From: the human T2T-CHM13v2.0 reference genome, Homo sapiens
NCBI GenBank assembly: GCA_009914755.4
Contig: CP068257.2
Coordinates: 29,120,001-29,184,000 of the forward strand
Length of the DNA stretch: 64,000 nt
Direction of reading: 5' to 3'
Positions 1-13,264 of this stretch are shown here, piece by piece. The notes under the pieces were generated by a model. It was not told the DNA's origin, made no database searches, and saw nothing but the letters and a program-made list of their open reading frames with translations. The number at the start of each line of letters is the position of its first letter. The stretch's first letter is position 1. The position numbers and the translations under genes were made by a program.

Positions 1-221
1 AGATTTTACAATTTAGAGCCTCTACAATATGTAATAATGTATCCCAAAAAAAGACTTTTGTGTTTTTTTTAAAGGAGCTTTGAAGCTTAAATCATTTTCC
101 AACCACAGAAAGTATTGTGAAATATAAATAGTTTTTCCTTTCCTCCATAATGTGATTACATATGTGAATTCAAATATTCGTTTTTCCCAACCTCCACCAA
201 ACAGGCCACACCTACATGAGC

Positions 222-225
<4 letters not shown>

Positions 226-268
<43 letters not shown>
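226..268. repeat. (CA)n dinucleotide microsatellite, about 21 units
   Basis: Uninterrupted cacaca run read directly in the sequence. The upstream ORF 22..267(-), which reads MCVCVCVC, is its translation. Confidence 0.95.
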
Positions 269-271
<3 letters not shown>

Positions 272-1187
272 CTTCTCTAATTTTATCATCTCTGTCTCTG
301 TTAACATTATCACCATTTTCTCATTGCACACAAGCTGAATGTCTCAAAATTTTCTTAAACTGAGATAATCACAATATTTCAGGTTTTGAAGATAAGTTAA
401 GTGTTATCCACTGCTTGTAATACTATAATAACTTCAGAGTTCCAGACAGCACAGTTAGTCCTCAGATCTGACTCACAAATACTCCAGATGGGAAAGCTAT
501 CCTGCTCTTGGAAGAAACCCCTATTGTCCATCAGTCGGACAGATTCTATCCTGGACATAGATTTCCTCCTGGGCTGATATTGATTGTAGGGCTATCTTTC
601 TTAGAGCCAGGCATTTTGTGGGGTCACCCAGCTCCAGGGACCTCAGAGAGCCAGACTTGGTGTAATGGTCCCTGTTGTGTGGATGAAACAGGGACACATT
701 TATTACTGCTGATTATAACAAGTTTCTACTGAATCCAGAAGACTTTCTCTGTTGTAAGATTTCAGTGATAGAGTTTGGATGGTCTAGAACTGGAGGAAAG
801 GACACTAAAATCAGAATCAAAGAAGCAGTAAACACTCCACATCAGAAAGTCAGCCAGGAAACTAGAACAGACCCTTTAATCTCATTTTTATGACCACCCC
901 AATCTAAAAAGAACTCCATTAAGATACTAGACCTTGCTCTTTTCTAACTGAAAAATGTGTCATCACCTTCATCATACCCAAAACTTAATGAACTGCTGTC
1001 CCCCTTGGCATTTGCTACTGTCCTTTTTAGTCTTTCTTTGCTGCTGGAAATGTTGTATTATGAGCTCAAATGTCATAACCTCAAGATACTTCCCTGAGCT
1101 GTCTCTCCAGTACTTCAAACCTTAATCTCCTCTCCATTAAGCTGTTTCATTCCCTCTATAGCAATTATCTGTCTGAATTTGTTATAA

Positions 1188-1553
<366 letters not shown>

Positions 1554-1840
1554 TAAACATTCTGAGAGCAGAACATTTGCTTATAATTTTTCTTCTGTGT
1601 CTTCAGGATGGTGTCTATTCAAAAATATTTAAGTGAATTAAATAGCATTTCTCAACCTCCATGTAAGCAAACATATATATTTGTACTTTTGTCAGATGTA
1701 GATACATTTGATAGTATATTTTTTCTTTGAACTTACCCTTTTTTAGGTTTTTATTTCCTCTTGCCTAACACTTGACCCTGACTCAAAATTTTCAACAATC
1801 CTGGAAGTGATCTCTCCTATTGCATTACTTTTTTGTGTGT

Positions 1841-2096
<256 letters not shown>

Positions 2097-2463
2097 TAAG
2101 CACTCAGGCTATATCTCCTCCCTGAGACTTTTGTCATAACATCCTGAATAGGTGTCACTTTGCCTCCCTTTCCCCCTCCAGCTCCATTCTAGACACTCAG
2201 TGCCATTTCCAAAGCACAGTTCTGAAATACTCTGTGATTTGTGCTTGGGTATGTGAGAACCTGAGCATGTGGGATATGAGAAGCAGGTAGAGAAGACATT
2301 ATTTATGATGCAAGCATAAGAGGAAATAATTGCGTTATATCAAGGAAGTACCTAAGGTTCAGCCAACATACTGTTAGCCCAATTTTCAAGAGATTCCAAA
2401 ACACCCCAAGAAAGAGTAATTCACAAGCAAGTACACAAAGATTTTTAGGAATAAAGAACCATT

Positions 2464-2469
2464 TTTATT
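2464..2469 (-). terminator. Polyadenylation signal AATAAA for the KRTAP21-1-like gene
   Basis: tttatt on the + strand, about 285 bp downstream of the stop at 2751 on the minus strand. This fits a roughly 0.56-0.6 kb single-exon KRTAP transcript. Confidence 0.6.
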
Positions 2470-2750
2470 ACAAATGATTGACTTCCGCAACTGTAGATGT
2501 TATGATCATTAACACAGTCATAACAGAGAATCAGAGATTAAGGGAGCAAAAGATAACATTTGGAAAACAGTCAGATGACACCATGGATCCTATGGCCATG
2601 ATTTCATTCAAAGAAATGTGAGGCTAGAGGTCGAAGATTCTGTCAAGCATGTAATTCTTGGATATAGAAATCTTGGAGTACGAATCCTTGAATCAGCATT
2701 ATCTTCAGACGTGTCATTTTAGAAGCAAATGGTCCTCCGACAGTGATGTT

Positions 2751-2990
2751 TTAGCAGGAAGAATAGCATCTTCTAAAGCAAAATGGCCGGTAGCCACAGT
2801 AGCCAGAGCCAGAGCCATATCCACAGCCATAGCCAGTTCCATAACCACAGCCATAATGGGAGCCAAACCCACAGCCATACCCACAGCCATAGCCAGTTCC
2901 ATAGCCACAGCCACAGCCAGAGCCAGAGCCATAGCCACAGCCACAGCCGGAGCCATAGCCACAGGAGTTGCCGTAGTAGTTGCAACACAT
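2751..2990 (-). CDS. KRTAP21-1: High-glycine-tyrosine keratin-associated protein, 79 aa, intronless. The sequence matches what I recall for KRTAP21-1.
   Basis: ORF MCCNYYGNSCGYGSGCGCGYGSGSGCGCGYGTGYGCGYGCGFGSHYGCGYGTGYGCGYGSGSGYCGYRPFCFRRCYSSC. ATG at 2988-2990 and TAA at 2751-2753, both as complement. The Gly/Tyr/Cys composition and the CGYG repeats are the HGT-KRTAP type 21 signature. The gene symbol is from memory of the UniProt sequence. Confidence 0.85.
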   Translation of the reverse strand: MCCNYYGNSCGYGSGCGCGYGSGSGCGCGYGTGYGCGYGCGFGSHYGCGYGTGYGCGYGSGSGYCGYRPFCFRRCYSSC

Positions 2991-3068
2991 GTTGTCAAGA
3001 GGAGAGAATTGAGATGGGTTTCAAGAAGATGCTTCTGAGGTGTGGATGTCTTCTACTTCCCTGAGACC

Positions 3069-3076
3069 TTTATATA
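3069..3076 (-). promoter_or_regulatory. TATA box (TATATAAA on the minus strand) for the KRTAP21-1-like gene
   Basis: cctttatatact on the + strand, about 80 bp upstream of the ATG. Hair KRTAP genes are TATA-driven and lie outside CpG islands. Confidence 0.65.
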
Positions 3077-4320
3077 CTGTCAGTAATTGCCAAAGCATAT
3101 CACTCATTCCCTGACTTAGGCAACAAATATTTAATCAATTATTATGTGCCAGTCACTGTTGACCATCAATAATATTTTGCTTAAAATGAGCCAATTATTT
3201 TGGAGACTCTAGTTTCATTTCAGGAACATCATTTTAATCTGCTCTGCCAAAGAACTGCCTCAATGAAATCATGTGCCCAAATATAAAGCTGATACTAATT
3301 TTCAAAATCTCCTATCAGTAAATTTATATCTTACATAACAAGTTTTGGGAGGATAATAACAAAATTTTATCCTTTTTTTCCTCTCTTTTTTCCTAAAATG
3401 TCTACCTCTACCCATAGGGAAGGAGACACTCCTATCTCCTTTCCTGAGTCATTACAACTTCTTGCCAGACTTCTTTCTCCAACTCACTCTGCACTTCCAC
3501 ACCTACCCCTTGTCCAACCTCCCTCAAATCCCAAGAAACATATTCACATCTGATCATTCAAAGCCAGAATGTATGCTATCTGCAAGTGCTTCCTACATTT
3601 TCCTTCCATCCACCAGGCAAACCAAGACCCTGGGGAGGCAGAGAAGCCCTCCTTTTGTCTCCCATTTCTTCAGCTATATAAGTAATTGTCATTGAGGAGC
3701 CTTTTTAAAACTAAACAGCTTCATTTGGATAAGGAAGTAAAAAAATTCATTCGACCAGAAACTCAGTTCTTTCCTCCAATACAGATTTCATCAAAGTTTT
3801 GCATGATGAAATACAGATACATTCCTAGAATTTAATAAACCATTTTTCTTCTCCTTTCACTACTATTCCTTGGACATTTACTTCAGAAGCTAAAGGATAG
3901 TGGACAATTTTAGGTTACTGACAGCAAAAGCCCACCATTAACAACTAACCCTTCTATGATATAAAGTAGCACAAAAATAAATTTTGTCCCGTTTCCATAC
4001 ACGCATTTCACACTACTCATTCAAAATTCTCAATTACCCACTTATTACAAGTTCTCAATCTTCTACAAAAATATTCATCGTGATTTTGAAATCCGAGGTG
4101 CCCTCCTTCTTCCCAACAATCCTCTCTATCACACTTACCTTTTCAAGATACAAAAGAGGAAAATTAGTATCATTTTTTCTGCCATTAGTATTTTTCTCAT
4201 CACCCTCAATTATCAACCAAAAAAACCTTCTGTTTATACATCAAAAGTCAGATCTGGAATCACTTTCTACAGGATGCCTTTCCTCATTGCTACTGTGGAT
4301 TACATTTTCCCTTCAGTTGG

Positions 4321-4490
4321 AAATCTTTCCTTTTTTTTCTGCTATCTGTCACTCGTCTCATCTCATTTCTCTGCTATGTTTAGTCCCTTAAAAAAAGCAT
4401 AAATAGATCTCTGTCTCAATTTTTTCTTTTCCTTTAGTTTCTTTCTGTTTTTTCATCCTTGAAATTCAAAACTATAAATTCTACTTCACA
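4321..4490. repeat. Copy 1 of a roughly 175-bp low-copy repeat. Copy 2 is at about 6958..7135, in direct orientation.
   Basis: tctgctatctgtcactcgtctcatctcatttctctgctatgttt...catccttgaaattcaaaactataaattctacttcaca is about 80% identical to the matching stretch at 6958..7135 (tctgccatcggtcactggccttatctgatcactctgctatgtttcat...catccttgaaattcaaaactatcaattctacttcaca). Confidence 0.7.
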
Positions 4491-4691
4491 AGTGGATCCT
4501 CTTGTTTGCTCCTATATGCAGACGAATATAATAGATTTGTCATGCTTTGGTGAAACTTTATCCTGTTTACTAATAAAAGCATGATATTCTTGAGGAAAGA
4601 GACTATACCTTTCACAGTAGAAATTCCAGGCAAACCTGAGACCCAATCCACATTTTACATAAGAGGAACTTAAGAGTCAATAGGAGTCAAA

Positions 4692-4790
4692 GACTAGACC
4701 CAAACTGAAGCCACTGTAGCTTCAATTTGGGTCTAGTCTAGATATGACTGTAGCTTCAATTTGGGTCTAGTCTAGGTAAGACTGTAGACA
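4692..4790. repeat. Local tandem duplication of a roughly 31-bp unit preceded by a 13-bp inverted repeat
   Basis: actgtagcttcaatttgggtctagtctag occurs twice in tandem, at about 4716 and 4750. agactagacccaaa at 4692-4705 is the reverse complement of tttgggtctagtct at 4728-4741. Confidence 0.8.
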
Positions 4791-7700
4791 TGATATTGGT
4801 GCCACAAAGAAAATTTTTTCTACTGAGGCTGAAAACATGGTCAGAACTCAGGAATTGGTGTTGAGCCATAAAATTTATACGACATTCCAAAATTGTCTAA
4901 TGTGTATGGCATCTTTATTTTCTCTAATATTTTTACAAATTTTATCTTTATAGTCATAGCAGGGCCATGGTGATTCTGCAAGAGGATACCTGTAATTAGT
5001 GCTTGGACCTGTTACTTATGTATCTGTTGTATATGTATATATGTGTGTATTCATGTATAAAACTATATATATGTTACCATCCATTACCTCAACTGCAAAT
5101 TTACATGAGCAAGCAACTTATCTCTCCACTTGCAGGATACAGAATATCCATCTGGTATACTGAAAGTACTTAGATAAGCAAAGGATTCATGGGAAAAAAT
5201 ATTTTTCAATAAACTTCAACTTTGCATTCCTATCACTAAAGGATTGAAACATTTATCCATCCATAATACAAATTAAGAGTAGAATCCCATGTCATTTATC
5301 AGGGTTCTTTAGACATTTATAATGACTGATGGTCCTTGTAATAATCCAGGTGAGTTAGAGTAGTGGGAAGTGATCACACAGACACCTGCTCCTAGTTATT
5401 GGTATTATAGGAAAGATACAGAACTTAGCAGAAATGAGATGCTATGCAGAACTGAGCAGCTTGCCTTGACCTGAGATTTCCCTCTCTCCTTGGTTCTTCC
5501 GTGGGGCAAACAGCTGCCAATAACATTCTATGTGCAGTATGGTCCTGTTGGAATTAAGTAAATATGCAAGCTCCTGCTCTTCACTTCCTTTTGCACTCCC
5601 GTTCACATGACCATACTGGAAGAACTTACACTGAGACACTATCAACTTCATTTAAGAGAATATTTACAAACTCTGAAGCTGACTGGTTCTTGAAGCAAAC
5701 CTAGATGTGGAGAGAGATGAAAACAATGTCAGGGCTTCCAGTGCCTTGGTATCTTAATCAACAGTGCTTCCCAGCTTTCCTGTATCCTTGTATTCCTAAA
5801 GTCTACTCCTGAAGTTCTAACATCAGGTTTAATCCAAAGAATGAGACCACAAATCCATTTACCTGCTTCCTCTCTTCTAACTAAAATGCATTCAGTTTTC
5901 ACTGAATTCACAAAGATTCACAAAGATTTCACTGATTCACAAAGAATCTGTGCTTTTTCTACATTGGGTTTCCTCATCTCCAGTTTTAGTTTTTAAATTA
6001 TAATATGTACTTAAACATTTTTGTTGGTTGCTTGCTTTCTTAGGCATCCATTGAACAACTCAGCTGAATTCCACAAACACTAACTGGACTCATGCCATAG
6101 GAAAGATGTTGTCTTGGGAACTGAAAGTTTTCAAAGATAGATCACATGTGGTTTTTGACTCAGGGTCAAGCATCTGCACGAATAAAGTGGCTCCCCCACA
6201 AAATGATCTCTGTTCCTCTTAGGACCAACTTACCGGTTTACTGCCCCTACTTTAGGGCTCATTTCTTTCCACACTACAAGTAAAACAGACACAATGGAGC
6301 TAGTGCACATCCATATCAGTGGTTCTCAGTGATGGGTGTTTTTGCCCTCTCAGAGACACTTAATAATGTCTGGAGACATTTCACTTGTCACGACTTGGAG
6401 AGCGGGAGAAGTTACTGGCATTACTGGCATCTAGTAGTAGAAACCAGGGAAGTAGCTAATCCGAGAAGGCATAGAGTACTCCCCAACAGCAAAGAGTACT
6501 GAGGTCTAGAAACCCTGATTTATAGCTATACATCAATAAGTAGGCTTCTAAAACTACAGGTGTCTAATTGAAACTAATCCTTTCTTCTCACTTCATGCCC
6601 AGCATCTGACCCTTCGATCACCAAACATATAGTCCAAAAAGGTGGGTTTTTTCTTGTTTCTGGTTTGTTTGTTTGTTTTTAACTTATCTTACTTGTCTAG
6701 GTTTCATTTAAATCACCATTTTCAGAATCAGGTTGACTCTACACTTTTAAGTTATTTTTACTATAACAGCCACAAAATCCAAGTTGGAACAGAATACATA
6801 CTCAGGAAGATCAATTCTTCTCCTGGGTACTCGAATTTGACAACAAAGGAATGAGTGGTGATCCAGCACTTTATTAAATGCCTTCAACAGGGATTTTCAC
6901 AAAGCTGCCAATTTCATTTTCTGATAATCTTTATTATGAGACATTTTTCCTTCAGTCGAGAAATCTTCCTATTTTTTCTGCCATCGGTCACTGGCCTTAT
7001 CTGATCACTCTGCTATGTTTCATCCGTAAAAATAAGCATAAAGAAAATAAATGTCTGTTCCAATTGTTTTCTTTTACCTCGGTTTCTTTCTTTTTCTATC
7101 ATCCTTGAAATTCAAAACTATCAATTCTACTTCACATCATTCCCTGGAATAGACACTTTGCTTTTCAACACTACTGCCAATACTCACTTCCAGGACACAA
7201 TACCCCTGAGTTATTGAAAAGGTCTTCTATCAAGATTGCATTACTTCTAATCCTTTCCACTCAGATCTCTGGACACTCTTTCATAAGGGCAGAAACTATC
7301 TATATTCCCTGAAAATCCAGCTCTGAATACATGTTTGGCACATAATTTGCACTCAATATTTCTCTACCATAAAAAAGATGATTAAGTCAAACATATGTTT
7401 CATTGTTTGTGTGACATTTATAAGCCATAAGATATTTGGATATATGTTTAAGTTCTCTGAATATCAGTTTCTTCTTTCTAAAATAGAATCTAAGCATTCT
7501 CACATCCTTTTTTATAGGTTACATGCCTATGCAGTGCTTTAGGCCAGGAACTGTATTCTATAAATGTTATTCCTTTGATTGCATTTTTCTCATACCATAG
7601 TTTTGAATTTTCATCTAATAATAGGTTTTCGAATATCCATACTTATTTTTACGGAAATGCTGATTTTATCAGAATTTAATGTGATAACTTTGTAATTTAA

Positions 7701-8004
7701 AGGAGGTTGTTCTATGGTATATACACACATGCTCTTATTTAAAATTTTTCTATGATGAACAAAGAAAACCTCACAGAAAATAAATTACCCTCCCAGTAGC
7801 TTTTGTACACCCTGACTGAGCCATTCTGTATAGTAATTTATTACTAAACGTACAGTGTCATCCGTATGTCATTAGGAATAGCATCATGTGTATTTTCAAG
7901 CTTAGCAATTACAAGTTGATTTTATGTTGCATTTATAAAGCATATCACTTGAAAACATGTTTAGCTACCAATCATGTGTTATGTAAAGGAAGCTCATGTG
8001 ATTT

Positions 8005-8041
8005 GTTGTTGTTGTTGTTGTTGTTTGTTTTTGTTTTTGTT
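8005..8041. repeat. (GTT)n/(GTTTTT)n simple repeat
   Basis: ttgttgttgttgttgttgtttgtttttgtttttgtttttgg. Confidence 0.9.
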
Positions 8042-8936
8042 TTTGGAATACCACTAGAGTCAAAAGATCAGCCTATAATACAAAAATATTTTATTTTTAG
8101 TACTATGGCTGTTTTGATAGCTTCATTAAGTGTCATCTTATAGTAAGAGTTTTAGTGAAGATCAAGGATGTATCATACAGTAAATCCTAAATATTAATAG
8201 GAAATATGTTTTAGAGATTTCCATAATTTGGGACGTACATAAATTTCCCCACTTATTGTATAGTATGTTTTTTCCAGCTTTCAATTCCAAGAGTTTTCTT
8301 GTCTAAACTTTGATTAAACAATGAAGAAATTCCCTCTAACCTTCCATCTATATTGTAGTTTGTAAAGTGTCTTTACACACATTACTTCAATTCATTCTCA
8401 CAATCTGGTGAAATGAATAGGGCAGATGCTACTCGAACTAGTGTTTAAGGAAAGAAGCTGAAGTTCAAGGTTATTAAATCACTAGTCCAAAGTCACACAG
8501 CTGATGAGTGTCATCCATCAAGTGCCCCTCCTGACCAGGCCCTCCAAATCATCAATGAGGTCTGTGCTGCTCCCTGGGTACCCTTCTTAGACTAGAGAAA
8601 GGCTAGGAATTTCCTCTATAAATCTGCTTGGTTATTGCAGTTCTGCCAGTAGTGTCATAAATGCATAAGAAGACGGCTTTTTGTTCTGCTGCCCTATCTC
8701 ACTGGCCATTCCTGTTCATGCCTCAGGCTTCAATTCAAATGCACCTCTTCTTGGAAATCTTTCCTATCTTCCCACAAATAATCCCTCTGTATTTTAAAAC
8801 TTTCATACTTATCACTATAAAAACAATAACTTCTTTCTATTTGTAATATTATCATATAACTTAAATAAGGTTACTGATTCACTGAGGACTGACCCCATTT
8901 GGATAGACAGTTGATGGGTAAGCAAGTAGGTAGATG

Positions 8937-9007
8937 GATGGAAGGAAGGAAGGAAGGAAGGAAGGAAGGAGGGAAGGAAGGAGGGAAGGAAGGAAGGGAG
9001 GAAGGAA
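8937..9007. repeat. (GGAA)n tetranucleotide microsatellite, about 17 units with GGGA variants
   Basis: ggaaggaaggaaggaaggaaggaaggagggaaggaagg.... ORFs 8815..9027(-) and 8899..9117(+), reading FLPSFLPS and KEGRKEGR, are its translations. Confidence 0.95.
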
Positions 9008-10368
9008 ATTCTCCAAAAATCTACCATAACATGAGCTATTTCTCTCTTTTCTTAGCCTCTAGGTTGAATAACAACTCCTTTCGACAGTGCTGGGTACTGA
9101 CTACACAGAAGACCTAATTTTATTTGAAGAAAGAATTATTGAGATTTCACACCAGCCATGATAGTCTTTCAATTTATGTAAGATACTTTGCATTGTGAAA
9201 AACTGACTCTCCTCTCTCCTTTACTTTCTTGTCTCTGTCAGCACCGGCATCATTTTCTCTGCTCATCAGGCTCAACAGTTCTGAGTCATTCTTGATGTGA
9301 AGTTCACAGAATTTCAGGACCAGAATGAACACTAGGTCACCACCTATCCTGGAGTTCTCACTCTGGTGATTTTGTCTGTCTTACCCGTGATTGGGAAGCT
9401 TCCATCATCTATATTCCCATGGAATAGCCAATTTAGCTCTCAGGGATATACTTGTAAAAAAAAATTAGAGGCTATTGCCCATTAGTCCCAATTCTGATCT
9501 CTGGAGACAAGAAGCAAATCCAATCCTCTTGCCATATTATAAACCTTTAATGTGTTTTGATAACCCATGTCACTTCTTCCTGACAAGTCTAATATCTTTC
9601 CTCACAAAAGATCACAAGGATGCATTTCCACTAAGTTTCTCTTCCTTGGACATCTCATCTACCTTCCTCTTTCATCATGTCCAAGGCTGAAATACTTGAC
9701 CTCCAGCATGTTTCATGAGTCCATCACTTTCTTCCCTTTATCAGTGACAAAACTCAATTCAGGCCCACATCACGTCATTCCTGAATTCTCCTAGGCTCAT
9801 GTCTCTTCCTCTCCAATCCATCCTACAAGATATTAGAGGTTTGCATAAACACAATTCTGAATCCTGTGCAATTGCATATATAAGCATGTGTTTCTGTTAT
9901 TTCAGATGTGAGTAATCACCAAATAGTAAATTACTGAAGAAAAATTCTTGGATAAATGTCTGAAAAAATGGCAAAGTCACAGGTAACCACACACATAAAA
10001 TGATAATAAAACAGGAAGATCACAAAATCTGTAGTAATGGATGATTTAAAATAAGATGGATGACACAGACTTGATAGATTCAAAAATGTATTTTATTGGG
10101 AAACTGATTTGCCATGTAGAGCACAAATGCTCATGGCCATAGTCACACCATTGGAAGAAACCATGAAACTTAAGGGTTAAATTTCAGGAAACAGTTGGCA
10201 TATAATCTTTCTTCCATTAACATCAAACCTATCTATGGCAAAAATATTTCAAAGGGATTTAAATAGAGTCACAGCTGTCATCCTATTGTTACTTCAGCAG
10301 CAAATAATGCTCTGATAGTGATTTTCTAACAGAAAGACGTCTAGCATGCTCTGTAGCAAAATAGATAA

Positions 10369-10494
10369 TTAGCCATTGCAAACACAGCCAGAATGAGAGC
10401 CATTGACACAGCCGTAGCTCGACCCATCACCACAGCCAGAGCCAGGGCTATATCCACAGCCTCCACAGGGATCTCCATAGTAGTAGCAATTCAC
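10369..10494 (-). pseudogene. KRTAP21-like HGT-KRTAP pseudogene. The start codon is replaced by GTG and the coding region is truncated.
   Basis: The complement reads VNCYYYGDPCGGCGYSPGSGCGDGSSYGCVNGSHSGCVCNG*. Its 5' end, aacaccGTGAATTGCTACTACTATGGAGATCCCTGTGG, aligns to KRTAP21-1 gacaacATGTGTTGCAACTACTACGGCAACTCCTGTGG. A TATA-like tataa sits only about 35 bp upstream. The ORF is about 42 codons against 79 in the intact gene. It could be the named KRTAP21-4P, but I cannot confirm that. Confidence 0.7.
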
Positions 10495-10976
10495 GGTGTT
10501 AGGAGGTGAACGTCAATGAATTATAAGGGGTAATTCTGCATGTCTGAATGGTCCCCACAATCGCAGACCTTCACATGCAATCAGGGATGGGTGGGACACA
10601 CTGAGTCCACCTGGTCAGTCCCATAGCAATTTGCTTCAAAGTAGCTCATTTTAACTAGGCACTCCAGTTTTGTTAGGAAGTCACTCCAATATTGTTAGAA
10701 AGGCTCTTTCTAATGTACTTTTACCCGGGGTTTGTCTCTAGTTGATAATGAGCCTGGAGCAATACTGGCTTCTTTTTCATCAATGCTGTTCTATTAAAAA
10801 CATCCCACATGTGACTCGTGACCCAACATAGACCAAAATACGTGGTTTGTCCTCTAACTAAATGAAGTAGCCATGAGATTTTGTCTGGGTCCGTGTGTGT
10901 GTACATGTGTATATGTAAATATGTAGAATAATATTAATCCTACTTAACAGGGATTTTAATTCCTGTTAAGAGGGGT

Positions 10977-11012
10977 TTTTTTTGTCTAGAGTTGTTTTTT
11001 TTTTTTTTTTTT
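10977..11012. repeat. Poly(T) tract, about 30 nt
   Basis: gttgtttttttttttttttttttctaaaaaaa. Confidence 0.9.
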
Positions 11013-13264
11013 CTAAAAAAATCAGGTGACTTGGCTAGAACCACACAGCTGTATGACAGAAGTATAACTTAGTCATCAGACTCCAAATTCCATATTCTTT
11101 GAGTCTGACTTAAAAAGAGAGCAGAGTCCAAAAAATCAGCTTTCATAAAAACATTGAAATGCCAATATTACCATTCCATAAATTGTGAACATCTATGACT
11201 TGTTTTTTGATGCTAACAGATCCTTGCTTACATTTCATTTTGACCTTCATAGGTTTGTATAAACCAAATGCAAATTGACCATTTCTACCTCTGCCTTCTA
11301 TGAGTTCCAAGTCTCCCTTAATAAAAAAGGCATCATTATCACTTGCCCATCCAATCATGCTGCTCAGGATCAGAACTGTCTACCATTCTTCTTCCTGAAA
11401 GAAGAGTTAGGTAAAGATAGGGCTAAGGGAGAATGAATACAGTTTTTTCTGTTTTTCAAATTATGGGTCTAAGCCTGTGTAAAAGTATATCATCTTTAAC
11501 CATGATCATATATAATTAAGCCATGAAGTACAAGCCATCTTGAGATTTGGACTTCCATCACTATTGTCTGTGCCTTTCTTTCTGCGCTAAAAAAAAAAAA
11601 AAAAAGAAAAAAATCCAATACCTACGCAATTCTTTAAAATTCCATGAATCCTTCCACATAGCAGGCTCTTCCCTGCCTTCTCCCTAGACAATTATACAAT
11701 GGTGATATTTACTTGCACAAATTTAATTGGATATTTCACTACATAGTCACTAAACCAATCAATTCAATTTATCCATCATGGATTGAGAGCATGCCATATG
11801 TAAGGAACAATCAGAGCCAATCATACTGGTTTGCAATCCGTGCAGTTTATAAGGCCCAGTGCTCAGAAAAGGTTCCTGTGTTTGGAGTTTTAAGTTCTTA
11901 ATACTTTTATCTTTGAATTTGTGGTTCGTTGATGAAGTCTGTAGGGAATGGAACATGTGCTGGGGTGCTGGGATGGGGTGTCAATTCACACACAGTCCCA
12001 CCTCTCATCTCCAGCCCACCTCCCCAGAACAGGTCTTTGGTTTTCAGCTCCCTCACTCAGTGACTGCTGCCACCTTCTTTCCCCAGCAGGAGCCTGAACA
12101 CAGGCATGGGAAAGGTCAAGATGGAACATCTACGAGGATCTAGACTCATCCAACAGATATTCCCATGCCCAAGAGCACATGACATTAATAGCAAACAAAA
12201 AGCATCATGACATGTCAAGAAAGCACGTTTTCCGTTTGCACTGGACTCTGCGAATTATGTAGCTGACCCTAGATAAAGCCCAACGTGTTCCATTGCCCTC
12301 CAGACTTCGTTGAGAGGATGTAAGTGGCAAAAAACACACATTCTCAGACCTTCAAGTTTCCATTAATATTTCAGGAGTTGGTCCTTAACCCCACACACTC
12401 ATCCACCACTCACTCCACCTTGTTTCTTCCCTTCACCACCAAGTTTCTTCAACAAGTAGGCTGTGCCCAGAATTTTGCCATCCTTTTACTCATTAATTTC
12501 TCAATTAATTGCAATTTCTGTTCTATCCCCATCATATAACTAAGGCTGCTCTCAATAAGTCACCAAGGATGTCCTTGTTGCCTGGTTACTAAATAGACCA
12601 TAGCATTATTTAACCCCTTTGAAGCATTTCACAACACAAACCCCCATCTCCTTATTGAATTTTAACTCCTAACCTCATCATTTTTCCTTGAAAATACATA
12701 ATTCCTTACAAATTACAACAGATCAAAAGTCTATATTTTCCACTTACCACTGAACTGGTCTTGCTGCAAAATATTCTCAAATATATTCCCAAACATATTA
12801 TTAAATTGGTCTCTTAAAGTTTGGTTATTTTATTATAAATATATCTTAATTAATATTTTGATAACAAATAAAACAAAATGACCAAACACTCAGATAATAA
12901 ACAAATCCTTGTTAAGTGTTATGTCACATTGCCTGGAGCATTTTGTACAATAATTTATTACCAAACATAAATGCTCAACACTATGTCACTAGGTTTGACA
13001 TCATGGCATAGTTTAAAGTTTATTAACTGTGGTGGAAACAGATGTTACCTGTTAAATACTTCTAACCTAGAAACATTATTATGCGTAGTATATAGAAAGG
13101 GCAGTATGACATGATACTAAGTACATTTTTTTCTTTATGGCTACTCACCAATGAATGCCAGCGATGTTAAGAACCTAAGTCAATAACCTATTGAGTCATT
13201 CTCTCATACCAGGAAAAATACCATCCAACAGAAAAATATATGTATGCTTAATTAATTAAGCAAG

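Noticed and set aside
2658-3064. Four additional ORFs overlapping KRTAP21-1 on both strands (2658..3038+, 2714..2998-, 2773..2988-, 2783..3064+), with LWLWLW, HSHSHS and AIATA periodic proteins
   Set aside because: They are alternative-frame and antisense readings of the GGCTATGGCTGTGGC coding minisatellite. Only the 2751..2990(-) frame gives a Gly-Tyr-Cys protein with proper start and stop, a TATA box and a poly-A signal.
8815-9117. ORFs encoding FLPSFLPSFLPS and KEGRKEGRKEGG
   Set aside because: Translations of the (GGAA)n microsatellite.
12150-12330. A locally CpG-containing, less AT-rich patch that could be an unannotated exon or regulatory element
   Set aside because: It has no ORF, splice-site pair or promoter motif I can support from sequence alone, so it is left unannotated.
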